Shown: piece by piece, positions 8,930-19,656 of the stretch
Layout: each line of letters begins with the position of its first letter
Numbering within the stretch: position 1 is the stretch's first letter
IMG/VR virus record: IMGVR_UViG_3300010262_000137
Coordinates: 22,155-86,154 of that record
DNA length: 64,000 bases
Source of the DNA: a virus
Taxonomy: Duplodnaviria > Caudoviricetes
Strand: one strand, 5' to 3'
The notes under the pieces: model-generated
What the model saw: the letters and a program-made list of their open reading frames with translations, nothing else
What the model was told of the DNA's origin: nothing
The model's database searches: none
Translations under genes and position numbers: made by a program

Positions 8930-9478
8930 ATGGCTAATCGAAAACACAGTAAGATTGACAACTTGCCTGAAGATCTTAAATCTGTAGTTGAAACTATGCT
9001 TCAGTCCGATGCAACTTATACGGAAATCGTAGAGTTCCTAAAAGAAAATGAACAATCGGTATCAGTAGCCAGTGTGTGTAGATATGCTCGTTCATTCAAT
9101 GCCAATATGGAAGCGTTGAAGATGACGCATCAGAATTTCAAGCTGGTAAAAGAAGAATTGGATCGTAATCCTGATCTAGATATGGCAGAAGCGATTATTC
9201 GTATCACATCAGGCAACGTGTTTAATCGCTTAGCAAGCACGAAAGAAGAAGACTGGGATGAAGTAGATCTAGCGAAACTGATGAAGGAGTCTAATGCTCT
9301 TATTCGTGCGACTGCGTATAAGAAAAGAGTTGAAATCCAAAACCAAGATGTTAAGGATGCAGCGATTGAAGAATTTAAAACATTATTGTTCTCTTCTATG
9401 GCGAAGGAAAAACCTGAACTATACAAAGAACTTGTCAAATATTTAAATGCAAAGAAAACAGAAGAAATGGAGGGATAG
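8930..9478 (+). CDS. DUF3486-family protein (Mu gp27-like, probable small terminase)
   Basis: RKHSKIDNLPEDLK...TYTEIVEFL...SVASVCRY. Confidence 0.8.
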   Translation: MANRKHSKIDNLPEDLKSVVETMLQSDATYTEIVEFLKENEQSVSVASVCRYARSFNANMEALKMTHQNFKLVKEELDRNPDLDMAEAIIRITSGNVFNRLASTKEEDWDEVDLAKLMKESNALIRATAYKKRVEIQNQDVKDAAIEEFKTLLFSSMAKEKPELYKELVKYLNAKKTEEMEG

Positions 9479-9480
9479 AT

Positions 9481-9996
9481 ATGTGGTGCGTGATACAAGT
9501 GAAAGGAAGCCAAGAACTTCAAATACAGAAGCAATTGGAGTCAGCTGGGTATCAATCCCTTGTTCCAAGAGAAAGTCGCTTGATTCGTTCAGGAGGCGCT
9601 TGGATTCAAAGAGAATACATATTATTCCCTAACTATGTTTTTGTAGAGACCGACTTCGAAGCAGAAGACTTCTACAAGATAAAAGGTATTAATGGTGTGC
9701 AACGTTTCTTGGGGAACAAAAGTTCCCCCTCCTCTCTTACTTTCCTAGAAGAAGAGTGGGTAAAAATTTTAAACAACGATGGACATCCATTAGAGCCGAC
9801 TGAGGTAACGATAGATGAAGATGGAAATGTCATCATTTTAAAAGGTATCCTTTTAAAATTTAAAAGCAGAATTAAAAGTTTTAATAAAAGACAAAGAAAA
9901 GCAACATTTGAAATTACTGTATGTAATGAAATTAAAGAAATCACGTTGAGTTTGAATGTGATTGACACTACAAAGCCAACAGAAACAAACGGTTGA
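9481..9996 (+). CDS. NusG paralog (LoaP/UpxY-type transcription antiterminator)
   Basis: NGN domain WCVIQV...LFPNYVFVE...IKGINGVQRFLG; C-terminal KOW-like IKSFNKRQRKATFEITV. Confidence 0.85.
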   Translation: MWCVIQVKGSQELQIQKQLESAGYQSLVPRESRLIRSGGAWIQREYILFPNYVFVETDFEAEDFYKIKGINGVQRFLGNKSSPSSLTFLEEEWVKILNNDGHPLEPTEVTIDEDGNVIILKGILLKFKSRIKSFNKRQRKATFEITVCNEIKEITLSLNVIDTTKPTETNG

Positions 9997-10186
9997 TTCG
10001 TCCTGTACGTGGAAATTGGTGGTTAAATAGCATGAACTATCCTAGAAAATAAAATTTCTCGGATGGCGAAGCATACCCTAATGTTCATAAAGGGCGCATT
10101 ACCTTTTAATTCGCACAAAACCCCCTTTAAAAAACGAATTAGACACAAAGTGGAGTAATTGTGGGGTGACAACATAAATAACGCTT

Positions 10187-10211
10187 AAAATCGCTTTATA
10201 GCGGTTTTTTT
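10187..10211 (+). terminator. Intrinsic terminator just upstream of the large terminase
   Basis: AAAATCGCT-TTAT-AGCGGTTTT stem followed by further Ts. Confidence 0.6.
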
Positions 10212-10234
10212 ATAAGACGAAAGGAGCTGATAGA

Positions 10235-12001
10235 ATGGGAAGACTCAAAAAAAGAAGTTTAGAAATGCTTTTGGAAGGAATTTTGGAAGCTGAAAATCAA
10301 ATAGCCGATAGTGAAGCATATGATACGCAAGAATATACAGCCTATTTGAATGACCTTTTAAAAGAGTTTTTAAAAAAGGACAACAACCTTTTAAGAAAAC
10401 AACTTCTTGATGATTTTGAAAGAGGTGCTCCTCTTACTGGCAAGAATGGAATACGAAAAAAATTGGCTTCGTTTGATATGGAATTTTTTGGAAGAGCCTA
10501 CCTCCCTCATTACTTTGTCAGAAAGTCTCCCCACTTTCATGAAGAGCTCGACAACATTTGGAAGCATGGTGTTATGAAGGATGAAGTCCCACTTTCAAAA
10601 AGAGTTCAAAAGAAGATAAGCAGAATGGAAGGTTGTAAAAGAGCGATAGCAGCACCTCGTGGTCATGCAAAATCAACCAACCTTACATTCAAAGGTTCAC
10701 TTCATGCAGCGCTATATGAGTATAAGCACTACATCATTATCTTGTCCGATAGTTCAGAACAGGCTGAAAGTTTCTTAGATTCTATTAAAACCGAGATGGA
10801 AGAAAATGAGCATATCGTCGAAGATTTTGGAAAACTAGATGGCAAGGTATGGCGTTCTAACGTTTTATTAACCAAGACAAACATCAAAATCGAAGCTATT
10901 GGTTCAGGCAAAAAGATTCGTGGTAGAAAACATAAGAATTGGAGACCTGATTTATTGGTTCTTGATGATATTGAGAATGATGAAAATGTAAGAACAATTG
11001 ACCAGCGAAAGAAACTATCCGACTGGTTTTATAAGGCAGTATCGAAAGCTGGCGATGATTACACCGATATCATTTACATCGGAACAATGCTTCATTATGA
11101 TTCATTGCTTGCCAATGTCTTAAAAAATCCAAGCTATAAAAGTATTAAATATCAAGCAGTCCTTTCTTTTTCCACTGCAGTTAATCTATGGGATGAATGG
11201 GAAAAGATATATACCGACCTTGATGAACCTGAACACGAAGCTGAAGCGTTGAAGTTTTTTGAACAACATAAAAAAGAAATGCTGGAAGGCACAAAAGTGT
11301 TATGGGAAGACAAACTTTCCTATTACAACCTTATGTGTATCAAAGTATCTGAAGGCGATGCATCGTTCAATTCAGAATTACAGAATGAACCAATCAGCCC
11401 TGATGACTGCTTATTCCAAGAAGAATGGTTTGATTACTACAACGAATATGAAATGAACTTCAATTCAAAGGATTTTGAGTTCTATGGAGCAGTAGATCCA
11501 TCGCTTGGTAAGAATAAGAAATCAGACTATTCAGCCATTATCACTATCGCTAAACAAAAGGCAACTGGATATATGTATGTCCTTGATGCCGATGTAATGC
11601 GTAGACATCCTGATCGCATCATTAACGATGTGCTTGAAAAAGAAAGATGGCTTAGAAAGACTTACGGCATAGGTTATAAAAAACTTGGATGCGAAACTGT
11701 ACAGTTCCAATGGTTCTTAAAAGAGGAAATTTCCAAGGCTTCTGCCAAAGCTGGTCTTTACTTGCCGATTGAAGAAATTAATTCAACTGGTGACAAGGTG
11801 CTGCGTATTCAATCGTTGCAACCTGATATCAAGAATAAATACATCAAGTTCAATCGTAGACACAAATTGCTTTTAGAACAGCTTAAGCATTTCCCTATGG
11901 CAAGTCATGATGATGCGCCTGATGCATTAGAAATGGCACGAACGATTGCTAAAAAAGGAAAGAGATTCAGAATATTAGACCGTTCGCTTTTTGGAGGATA
12001 G
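10235..12001 (+). CDS. terL: Terminase large subunit
   Basis: AAPRGHAKST, LLVLDDIE, GAVDPSLG, HDDAPDAL. Confidence 0.93.
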   Translation: MGRLKKRSLEMLLEGILEAENQIADSEAYDTQEYTAYLNDLLKEFLKKDNNLLRKQLLDDFERGAPLTGKNGIRKKLASFDMEFFGRAYLPHYFVRKSPHFHEELDNIWKHGVMKDEVPLSKRVQKKISRMEGCKRAIAAPRGHAKSTNLTFKGSLHAALYEYKHYIIILSDSSEQAESFLDSIKTEMEENEHIVEDFGKLDGKVWRSNVLLTKTNIKIEAIGSGKKIRGRKHKNWRPDLLVLDDIENDENVRTIDQRKKLSDWFYKAVSKAGDDYTDIIYIGTMLHYDSLLANVLKNPSYKSIKYQAVLSFSTAVNLWDEWEKIYTDLDEPEHEAEALKFFEQHKKEMLEGTKVLWEDKLSYYNLMCIKVSEGDASFNSELQNEPISPDDCLFQEEWFDYYNEYEMNFNSKDFEFYGAVDPSLGKNKKSDYSAIITIAKQKATGYMYVLDADVMRRHPDRIINDVLEKERWLRKTYGIGYKKLGCETVQFQWFLKEEISKASAKAGLYLPIEEINSTGDKVLRIQSLQPDIKNKYIKFNRRHKLLLEQLKHFPMASHDDAPDALEMARTIAKKGKRFRILDRSLFGG

Positions 12002-12011
12002 GAGGTAAAAA

Positions 12012-13364
12012 ATGGCAGTAATTTATATGGATAAAGAGAGTTTTAACTCTTTGGATGAAAATGATATCAAAAGGATCTATATGGAAAATCGATATTTAAA
12101 CAGTACATATAGAACTCTTGATAACTACTATGCTGGGAAGCATAAAATCGTGTACAAGCAAAAATATAACGCAAACGATCCCAATAATAAGATTGTCAAC
12201 AACATGTGTAAGTACATAACCGATAGCATGGTTGGTTATTTTGTTGGAGATCCTATCAAATACAACTCACAGAATGATGAGTATATGGAAAAGATACAGA
12301 ATGTACTTGAATACAACGATGAGCAGGATGAAAACACAGAAATCGCTAAAAAGACATCCATTCATGGCGATTGTTTTGAAATTCTATATATAGACGAAGA
12401 TGCCAACATTCGTTTTGCGAAAGTTCCAGCAAACGAAGGTATCTTGATTCGTGATTCAGGTGGCGAAGATAACTATTTAGGTTTTATTCGCATAATTCGT
12501 TCATATACCAAGCGAAAGGTCGAAATATTGAAATTGGAATTCAGTACAAGTGAAAGCACTTGGTATTTTGAGTCAAGAGCTGGTGGAAGTCTTCAATTGA
12601 TAAACATTATTGATCATTATTGGAACGATGTTCCTGTTGTTGAATATGTAAACAACGAAGAGCGTATTGGTGACTTTGAAGGAATTATTAGTATTATCGA
12701 CGCCTATAACACTGTTCAATCGAATACTGCAAACTTATTCCAGTACAACGATGAGGCATTGATGAAGATTTCTAAACTTGGCGATGTAACAACAACCGAC
12801 ATTCAAGAAATGCGTAAAAAAGGAGCAATCATTCTTGACGATGGTGGCGATGTATCTTGGATGTTGAAAGAGATCAATGATACAGCTTTAGAAAACTATA
12901 AGAACCGACTGGTAAGCGATATGCATTTGTTTAGTTCAGTTCCGAATATGACAGATAATGCTTTTTCAGGAAATCTTTCAGGTGTGGCTATTTCTTACAA
13001 GATGTGGTCAATGGATCAAGTTATAGCCATCAAAGAAAGAAAATTCAAAAAATCGCTTCAAAGAAGGATTGAACTGATTACCAATATCTTGAATTTATTC
13101 GGTGGCAATTATGATTATCGAGATATCAACATCGTATTCAATCGAAATCGACCTCAAAACAAGCTAGAGAACGCTCAAATTGCTCAAATGATATCACCAT
13201 TTATTTCACATCAGACACTTCTTTCTAAATTGGATGATATTGAAAATGTTCAAGAAGAATTAGAAAACATCAAAGAAGAAAACAAAGACGAAGAAGTCAA
13301 GCAAGGTGTTTATCAAAATCTAGCTAAGGCTTTTGAGTTAAATGAGGATGAATTGGATGAATAA
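12012..13364 (+). CDS. Portal protein (SPP1 gp6-like)
   Basis: NKIVNNMCKYITD...YFVGDPIKY, GNLSGVAI; follows terL. Confidence 0.9.
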   Translation: MAVIYMDKESFNSLDENDIKRIYMENRYLNSTYRTLDNYYAGKHKIVYKQKYNANDPNNKIVNNMCKYITDSMVGYFVGDPIKYNSQNDEYMEKIQNVLEYNDEQDENTEIAKKTSIHGDCFEILYIDEDANIRFAKVPANEGILIRDSGGEDNYLGFIRIIRSYTKRKVEILKLEFSTSESTWYFESRAGGSLQLINIIDHYWNDVPVVEYVNNEERIGDFEGIISIIDAYNTVQSNTANLFQYNDEALMKISKLGDVTTTDIQEMRKKGAIILDDGGDVSWMLKEINDTALENYKNRLVSDMHLFSSVPNMTDNAFSGNLSGVAISYKMWSMDQVIAIKERKFKKSLQRRIELITNILNLFGGNYDYRDINIVFNRNRPQNKLENAQIAQMISPFISHQTLLSKLDDIENVQEELENIKEENKDEEVKQGVYQNLAKAFELNEDELDE

Positions 13365-14373
13365 GAATGAAAAAGAAAAACAGCTAGCAATTGCCAAAGA
13401 GTGTCTTTTGGATGAGCTTAAAGAAATAGATGACATTGTAGATGATTTGCTGGATGTCTATGATGAAGCAGCAAAACGGTTAAAAGCAGATATTCAACAA
13501 TCCTTGATTCGTTTTGCAGAAAACAACGAAATATCTATTGAGGAAGCAAAAGGACTTCTAAGCAGCAAGGAATTTTCTAAATGGAAAAAAGGCATTAAAG
13601 AATACATTGAACAAATAGAAAAAGAAGCCGATGGAACAAAAATGTTATTGGAATTAAATACTTTGTCAGCCAAGACCAGCATTTCAAGAAAGGAAGAACT
13701 ACTTTCACAGATTGATAAAGAAATGATGACTTTAGCTAACAAAACTACTAAAAGCATTAAAAAGCATCTTGGCATTGTACTTGTCAATAACTATTATCGT
13801 GGTTTCTATTCTGTTCAAAAAACAGTCGGCTTGGGATTTAATGTGGCAAGATTTAATCCTGATCTAGTTAAAAGTGTTCTTGAATACCCATGGTCAACGA
13901 AAGTGTATTCCAAAACCATTTGGGACAACATTGACAAATTGACCGAAACCTTAAGAAAAGAACTGGCAACAGGATTTGTGGATGGAAGTTCTATTCAAAA
14001 GATGACAAAGCGAATTGATGATGTTCTTGGTAAAGGCAAGTATGTAACAGAGCGTGTTGTAAGGACGGAAGCGAAGTATTTTGCTCAACAAGCGCAGTTG
14101 ATGTCATATAAAAAAATGAAAATAGATGAATATATGTATCGAGGTGCTGGATGTCCGAAATGCATACCATTGAATGGTCAAAAATTCAAAATCGAAGATG
14201 CAATAGTCGGTGTCAATTGTCCACCAATGCATCCGAATTGCAAATGCCGAGTAATCGCAGTCCATTCAATGAGTATTTTTGATTTAGAAAGAAATGTCGT
14301 TCCATTGGATAAGAATATCAACTATCAAAAATGGAAAGAAAGATTTGTTAAAAATGGTAATAAAGCGAAATAA
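13342..14373 (+). CDS. Minor head protein (SPP1 gp7 / Mu gpF family)
   Basis: ERVVRTE, C..C..L.G, PPMHPNCKC. Confidence 0.88.
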   Translation: MRMNWMNKNEKEKQLAIAKECLLDELKEIDDIVDDLLDVYDEAAKRLKADIQQSLIRFAENNEISIEEAKGLLSSKEFSKWKKGIKEYIEQIEKEADGTKMLLELNTLSAKTSISRKEELLSQIDKEMMTLANKTTKSIKKHLGIVLVNNYYRGFYSVQKTVGLGFNVARFNPDLVKSVLEYPWSTKVYSKTIWDNIDKLTETLRKELATGFVDGSSIQKMTKRIDDVLGKGKYVTERVVRTEAKYFAQQAQLMSYKKMKIDEYMYRGAGCPKCIPLNGQKFKIEDAIVGVNCPPMHPNCKCRVIAVHSMSIFDLERNVVPLDKNINYQKWKERFVKNGNKAK

Positions 14374-14412
14374 GGCTTTGTTATAGATGAGTGGTTAAAG
14401 GAGGATAACGAA

Positions 14413-15039
14413 ATGGAAAAAGCTCAAGAAACAAAACAAGAAGAAACAAAGTTAAAAACAATTGGCGAAAAAATCAAAGAAGTTGTTTTTGGCAAAAAGA
14501 GCGATGAAGAGACATCGCAATCAGAAGTTGTAGAAACAACAGTTGAAACAGAACCAACTGCTGAAGAGCCAAAGGCAGATGAAGTTCAAGAAGACGTTTT
14601 ATCAAATGGAGATATGGATGCAGCCATTGAAAAAGCGAAAGCAGAAGCTATTGAAGAATATAAAAAAGCAGAAGCTGAAAAAGAAAGAAAAGCATCCTTG
14701 ACACCTGAAGAGTTAAAAGCAGAAGAAGATGCTGAAAAAGACAAGAAGATTCAGGCGTTGGAACATGAAATCATGGTCAACAACTCTAAAAACGATGCAA
14801 TTAAAAAATTAGATGAAGCTGGGTTGCCAGTTAAATTGGCAGATATTATTAACTATTCTACAAAAGAATCTGCTGAAGCATCGTTAGAACACATTATTAA
14901 AACTTATAGTGAGTGTCTTGAAAATGGAATTAAAGAGAAGTTAAAAGGAAAGACACCTGAAGGGTTGCGTTCAAATACTGCAATCAATAATCTGCAAGAT
15001 AAACAAAATTCAATGAGAAAATATATGGGTATTAAGTAA
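14413..15039 (+). CDS. Capsid scaffold protein (DUF4355-like)
   Basis: Acidic coiled-coil, EKLKGKTP near C-terminus; position before capsid. Confidence 0.75.
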   Translation: MEKAQETKQEETKLKTIGEKIKEVVFGKKSDEETSQSEVVETTVETEPTAEEPKADEVQEDVLSNGDMDAAIEKAKAEAIEEYKKAEAEKERKASLTPEELKAEEDAEKDKKIQALEHEIMVNNSKNDAIKKLDEAGLPVKLADIINYSTKESAEASLEHIIKTYSECLENGIKEKLKGKTPEGLRSNTAINNLQDKQNSMRKYMGIK

Positions 15040-15055
15040 TAGGAGGAAAGAAAAA

Positions 15056-15916
15056 ATGGAAAATGTAATTGATTATGCTACTTTATTTGCCCCTTTAATG
15101 GATGAACTTTACAAACAAGAGGCGAAAACTGCCATTCTCGAAGGTGATGAAACAACAGTTAAGAAAGGTGCTCATGGAGAAATCAAGGTTGCAAAAATTG
15201 ATATGGATGCACTTGGTGATTATGATCGTAAATCAGGATATACAAAAGGTGGCACAAAATTCTCTTGGGAAACAGTCAAATATGACAAAGAACGTTCTCA
15301 ATCTTTGAATATTGACCGATTGGATAATGATGAAGCGTTAGAAATACCAGCAGCAAAACTATTGAGCGAATTCATTCGTACAAAAGTTATTCCTGAAACG
15401 GATGCAGCACGTATTGCTAAAATCTGTGGAACTAGTGGTATCACAGTAAAAGAAGAAAAATTAGCTGATGGTGCAGCGGTTGTAAAAGCATTAAGAGCAT
15501 CATCTGATAAATTGGACAACGATGAAGTGCCTGAAGAATCACGTATACTATTCATTGTCGGTTCTTACCTTTCAATGGTTGAAGATATGGATACAACAAA
15601 ATCTAAAAAAATTTTAGATAAATTCTCAACAATCATTAAAATGCCACAATCTAGAATGTACACTCAAATTACATTAGCAACTGGTGAAACTGAATATGGT
15701 TATAAGAAAACACCAACAACTGGTAAAAATGTTAACTTTGTTGTTGTTGAAAAATCAGCTGCAGTATCAGCAATGGAGCAATGGATTAAGTATTTCACAC
15801 CTGATCAAAACCAAAATGGCGATTCTCATAAATGGGATTATCGAAACAATAACTTATATGCACATGTTTATGAAAATAAATTAGCTGGAGTTTATTGCTC
15901 ACACGATACTGAATAG
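15056..15916 (+). CDS. Major capsid protein
   Basis: IDRLDNDE, EFIRTKVIPETDA; position and size. Confidence 0.8.
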   Translation: MENVIDYATLFAPLMDELYKQEAKTAILEGDETTVKKGAHGEIKVAKIDMDALGDYDRKSGYTKGGTKFSWETVKYDKERSQSLNIDRLDNDEALEIPAAKLLSEFIRTKVIPETDAARIAKICGTSGITVKEEKLADGAAVVKALRASSDKLDNDEVPEESRILFIVGSYLSMVEDMDTTKSKKILDKFSTIIKMPQSRMYTQITLATGETEYGYKKTPTTGKNVNFVVVEKSAAVSAMEQWIKYFTPDQNQNGDSHKWDYRNNNLYAHVYENKLAGVYCSHDTE

Positions 15917-15927
15917 GAGGACAAAAC

Positions 15928-16158
15928 ATGGAAACAAAAGGAACAGTGATTGGTTTAGGTACTAAAAAACCGACAAGCGAATTAGAAGAACTAAAAAAAG
16001 AACTTTCTAAAAAAGATAGTGAAATCAAAAAACTATCAGAAGAAAATACTTCTTTGAAAAAGAATATTGATGAACTTGAAAAAGGAGGCTCTACAGATGG
16101 AACAAATGGCAAGGATACTGAAGGAGGTTCTGGAGCATCCAAAGGTAAGAAATCTTAG
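15928..16158 (+). CDS. Small coiled-coil head-associated protein
   Basis: RBS AGGAGG; ORF track. Confidence 0.55.
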   Translation: METKGTVIGLGTKKPTSELEELKKELSKKDSEIKKLSEENTSLKKNIDELEKGGSTDGTNGKDTEGGSGASKGKKS

Positions 16159-16492
16159 TGATGAACAAAAAGAACAGTTAGAACCGATTATCACACGATA
16201 TGCAAGACGTGCTAAATTAAAGATTTTAGCACATTGCAATCGTGATGATTTACCTGAAGCGCTGGAATCAGTGGTAGCAGAAATTACTGAAGAAATGCTG
16301 ATGGCTGACAAAGTTATCGCTACCGATAACAAGGAAGTTGCCAGCGTAAGCCGAGGTGATACAAGCATTACCTACAAAGATCCTGCTTCAGCCTATAACA
16401 ATGCAATTGACTTTATGAAAGATTATTCATGTCAATTAGTCCACTTTAAAAGAATGAGGCTTCCAAGAGATCCTAATGATGAGCGAAGCTGA
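16097..16492 (+). CDS. Head-tail connector (gp15-like adaptor)
   Basis: ILAHCNRDDLPEALE, SVSRGDTSITY; RBS AAAGGAGG at 16081. Confidence 0.8.
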   Translation: MEQMARILKEVLEHPKVRNLSDEQKEQLEPIITRYARRAKLKILAHCNRDDLPEALESVVAEITEEMLMADKVIATDNKEVASVSRGDTSITYKDPASAYNNAIDFMKDYSCQLVHFKRMRLPRDPNDERS

Positions 16493-16841
16493 AATTCTAG
16501 CATTAACTTATTACGATAAAATGAGCGTTTATCGACCTTTTAAAGACACTTTACCAACTGGCGAAAGTGTCTTTTATAAAGGTCTAGATGGCAAGAAAAT
16601 ATATGATGATATACCATGCGCTTTGTCTAGCTTTTCTAATGGCAAGTCAAACAAGAATGATGTAAACGTGAAAATCGAAAGTGACTATAAGTTATTTTAT
16701 GATCCAAAAATCAAAGTCGAAAAGAATGACACGATTGTTTGCACACACGAAGGCACACGCTATGTATTGGTGGCTGGAAAGCAATATACCCTACCAAGTC
16801 ATGCAGAACTTCCAGTCTTGGAGGAAAAGAACACAGCATGA
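16476..16841 (+). CDS. Head closure protein
   Basis: IPCALS, YKLFYDPKIKVEKNDTI; gene order. Confidence 0.65.
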   Translation: MMSEAEILALTYYDKMSVYRPFKDTLPTGESVFYKGLDGKKIYDDIPCALSSFSNGKSNKNDVNVKIESDYKLFYDPKIKVEKNDTIVCTHEGTRYVLVAGKQYTLPSHAELPVLEEKNTA

Positions 16842-17242
16842 GTCAAACGGATATTGTTATTGAAGGTTTGGATGAATTTGAAAAGAAGCTTGCAAAGATT
16901 ATTTCACATGATTATCCACGTGAGTTTGAAAAGATGGTCATTCAAATTGCAACGGATCTTCAAATTGCTACTGCAGATGCTACTCCAGTTGATACGAGCA
17001 GGCTTCAAGAAAATTGGTTTGTCGGAGACCTGGTCAAACGAGGAAATGACTATTACATCGAGGTATATAACAATGTTGAGTATGCCGAACCTGTCGAGTA
17101 TGGACATAGAACAAAAAACGGTGGTTTTGTTGAAGGAGCTCATATGATGGAAATATCAGTAGAACTTTTAAAAATACAGTTACCTTCCTTTTTAAGAGAC
17201 TGGTTGAGTGATTTCATAAATAATCATGATCTAAATGATTAA
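16838..17242 (+). CDS. HK97 gp10-like tail completion protein
   Basis: TPVDTSRLQENW, NNVEYAEPVEYGHR. Confidence 0.85.
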   Translation: MSQTDIVIEGLDEFEKKLAKIISHDYPREFEKMVIQIATDLQIATADATPVDTSRLQENWFVGDLVKRGNDYYIEVYNNVEYAEPVEYGHRTKNGGFVEGAHMMEISVELLKIQLPSFLRDWLSDFINNHDLND

Positions 17243-17684
17243 GATTACAGAAATTAAAACGACCATAACCAGCCTTTTGAAAAAAACGGAAGATATTGAT
17301 GTGTTTTTTACAAATGTCAGCAAAACGGATTCGAATGTTGAAGAAAACCGAATTTATAAGTATTTCTATGTTTCTTTGATTCCAATTAGTACAGCGCTAT
17401 TTGGAAAGTATTTGAGAGATAGAGCGTTGTTTGTGGATGTCGCTTATATCAATGACGAAGCAGATAACAATACTTTCTGTAATTGGATGGAAACAATGGA
17501 TCAAAACTTTTTACCTTATGTTCAAATCGGCAAACGCTCAATCACAATAGAAAACAGTTCTTTTAAAATCGTGGACAATATAGGACATTACACTTTCACA
17601 TTAAAGTTTAGAGATGTGATTGATTATAAAGAGCAAGGTGTGCTTGCAGAAAATCTAAACATTAACTTTGTACAGGAGGATTAA
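17235..17684 (+). CDS. Tail terminator protein (putative)
   Basis: Position between gp10-like and sheath genes. Confidence 0.6.
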   Translation: MIKITEIKTTITSLLKKTEDIDVFFTNVSKTDSNVEENRIYKYFYVSLIPISTALFGKYLRDRALFVDVAYINDEADNNTFCNWMETMDQNFLPYVQIGKRSITIENSSFKIVDNIGHYTFTLKFRDVIDYKEQGVLAENLNINFVQED

Positions 17685-17689
17685 ATTTT

Positions 17690-18751
17690 ATGAATTTACC
17701 ACAAATTGTAATTGAGTTTAAAAGCAAAGCTCAATCTATCATTCAACGAAGCGAACGTGGAGTTGTTGCAGTTATTCTAAAAGACAACACAGAAGGTGCG
17801 AGTCCATTTAGTATTTATAAAAGTTTGAGTGATGTAGATTTTGAAAAGATGAGCGAGAAAAACTATCGCTATTTGAAATTGATTTTTGACGGTGCGCCAT
17901 ACAAAGTCATGGTCGCAGTTGTTTCTGAAGATGAAAATAACTACAGTGGTGCGTTAAAAATCTTAGAAAACTATAAATGGAACTATCTAGTTGTCCCATC
18001 AGCGGATGTAGAAAGCACTCCAGTTATTAGTTCATGGATCAAAGAGCAAAGAACCAATAACAAGAAAACATTTAAAGCAGTGCTTGCTAATCATGCTGCA
18101 GATTGCGAAGGGATTATTAATTTCACAACTGAGAATATCGTTTCAACCATTACAGGTAGTGAAGTGAAGCTAACGGCTGCTGAATATTGTGCTCGTATTG
18201 CTGGGATCGTTGCAGGATTAAGTTTGTCTCGCAGTTTAACATACTATGTTCTAACAGATATTATCTCAGCCGATATTCCTAGCAATCCTGAAGAATTAGT
18301 CAATAAAGGCGAATTGGTTATTTTATTCGATGGAGAAAAATACAAAATCGCAAGAGGTATCAATAGTTATACTTCAGGAAACAATGAAGACCTTAAAAAA
18401 ATTAAAGTTATCGAAGGCAAAGATACAGTCTATCAAGACATCAAGACTACTTTTGAAGAAAAGTATATCGGTAAGGTTATTAATGATTATGACAATAAAC
18501 AAAACCTCGTAGCAGCGATTATCACATACTTCAAAAGCATTGAAGGAGATGTCTTGGATCGTACTTACGATAACAGTTGTGCAATTTCACTTGAAGACCA
18601 ACGCAGTTATTTAGAAAGCCAAGGCGAAGATACGGAAGCTATGAGTGATGTTGAAATCTTACAAGCCAATACAGGAAGTATGGTTTTCTTGACTGCAGCA
18701 ATTAAGTTTGTTGATGCAATGGAAGATTTAAAAATGGAAATCAGTATGTAG
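17690..18751 (+). CDS. Contractile tail sheath (XkdK-like)
   Basis: LPQIVIEFKSKA...RGVVAVIL; ARGINS...KKIKVIE. Confidence 0.88.
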   Translation: MNLPQIVIEFKSKAQSIIQRSERGVVAVILKDNTEGASPFSIYKSLSDVDFEKMSEKNYRYLKLIFDGAPYKVMVAVVSEDENNYSGALKILENYKWNYLVVPSADVESTPVISSWIKEQRTNNKKTFKAVLANHAADCEGIINFTTENIVSTITGSEVKLTAAEYCARIAGIVAGLSLSRSLTYYVLTDIISADIPSNPEELVNKGELVILFDGEKYKIARGINSYTSGNNEDLKKIKVIEGKDTVYQDIKTTFEEKYIGKVINDYDNKQNLVAAIITYFKSIEGDVLDRTYDNSCAISLEDQRSYLESQGEDTEAMSDVEILQANTGSMVFLTAAIKFVDAMEDLKMEISM

Positions 18752-18769
18752 GAATAGGAGGATACAACA

Positions 18770-19204
18770 ATGAGTATAAGAGGAAACAAAGTCCTTTCAG
18801 GTACATGGGGCGAAATTTGGGTAGATGGTGTTCCAATTATCGAATTTAAGAAAGTTGAAGCGAAAGTATCAACCAATCGTGAAGATGTTCAGATTGGTAT
18901 TGATGTCGATAGCAAAATGACAGGCATCAAAGGAGAAATCACAATCACAATTAACAAAACATACAGTAATTACAATGACGTTATGAAGAATTATGTTCGA
19001 GGTAAGGATGTACGTTCTCAAGTAATCGCAAAGCTTGCAGATCCTGATGCAGTGAATGCTCAACAAGAACGTTGGTCATTCGATAATGTATGGTGGAATG
19101 ATATTCCGTTATTCGTTGCTGAAAAAGGCGCACTTATTGAAGAGGAATTAACTGGAGGCTTTACACCTAGCGATGCAGTTAACTTAGATACAATCAAACG
19201 ATAG
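18770..19204 (+). CDS. Tail tube protein (XkdM-like)
   Basis: VLSGTWGEIWVDG, LADPDAVNAQ, EEELTGGFTP. Confidence 0.88.
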   Translation: MSIRGNKVLSGTWGEIWVDGVPIIEFKKVEAKVSTNREDVQIGIDVDSKMTGIKGEITITINKTYSNYNDVMKNYVRGKDVRSQVIAKLADPDAVNAQQERWSFDNVWWNDIPLFVAEKGALIEEELTGGFTPSDAVNLDTIKR

Positions 19205-19215
19205 GAGGAATTTAC

Positions 19216-19656
19216 ATGGAAAAGAAATCAACACTAGAAATATTCGCTGCGAAAGCTTCAGCAGCTATGAAAAGAAAAAGATCATTCGTGCAATACACTT
19301 TAAGCTTCCCTTCTTTTGAAAAGTTAGAAGATGAAAATGGCGAAGGACAACCATTGGAAATTAAATTCAGAACATTATCTGATGCAGAAATCAATGATTG
19401 CTTGGCATATGAAAGCGATGATCCAAACGGAGCAGATAAATATGCTATGTATATTGCTTCGGTTGAACCATCATTAAAACAATTAGGTCAAGCCTTAAAA
19501 GAAACTGGTGAGATTGTTCATCCTATGGAAGTGATGGAAATGTTTGAACGTCACGAAATCACAGAAGCTGCCATGATCATCATGGAAAAATCAGGCGTAC
19601 TAAGTAAAAACAAAGTTACAGTCGTTGATAAAGGATTAGAAAACTTAAAAAACTAA
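19216..19656 (+). CDS. Tail assembly chaperone (XkdN-like) with -1 frameshift extension to 19841
   Basis: Ends at slippery A AAA AAC (19647-19653); -1 frame open for KKLIRTNG...FYKASMDVAIEE...GNR*. Confidence 0.8.
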   Translation: MEKKSTLEIFAAKASAAMKRKRSFVQYTLSFPSFEKLEDENGEGQPLEIKFRTLSDAEINDCLAYESDDPNGADKYAMYIASVEPSLKQLGQALKETGEIVHPMEVMEMFERHEITEAAMIIMEKSGVLSKNKVTVVDKGLENLKN

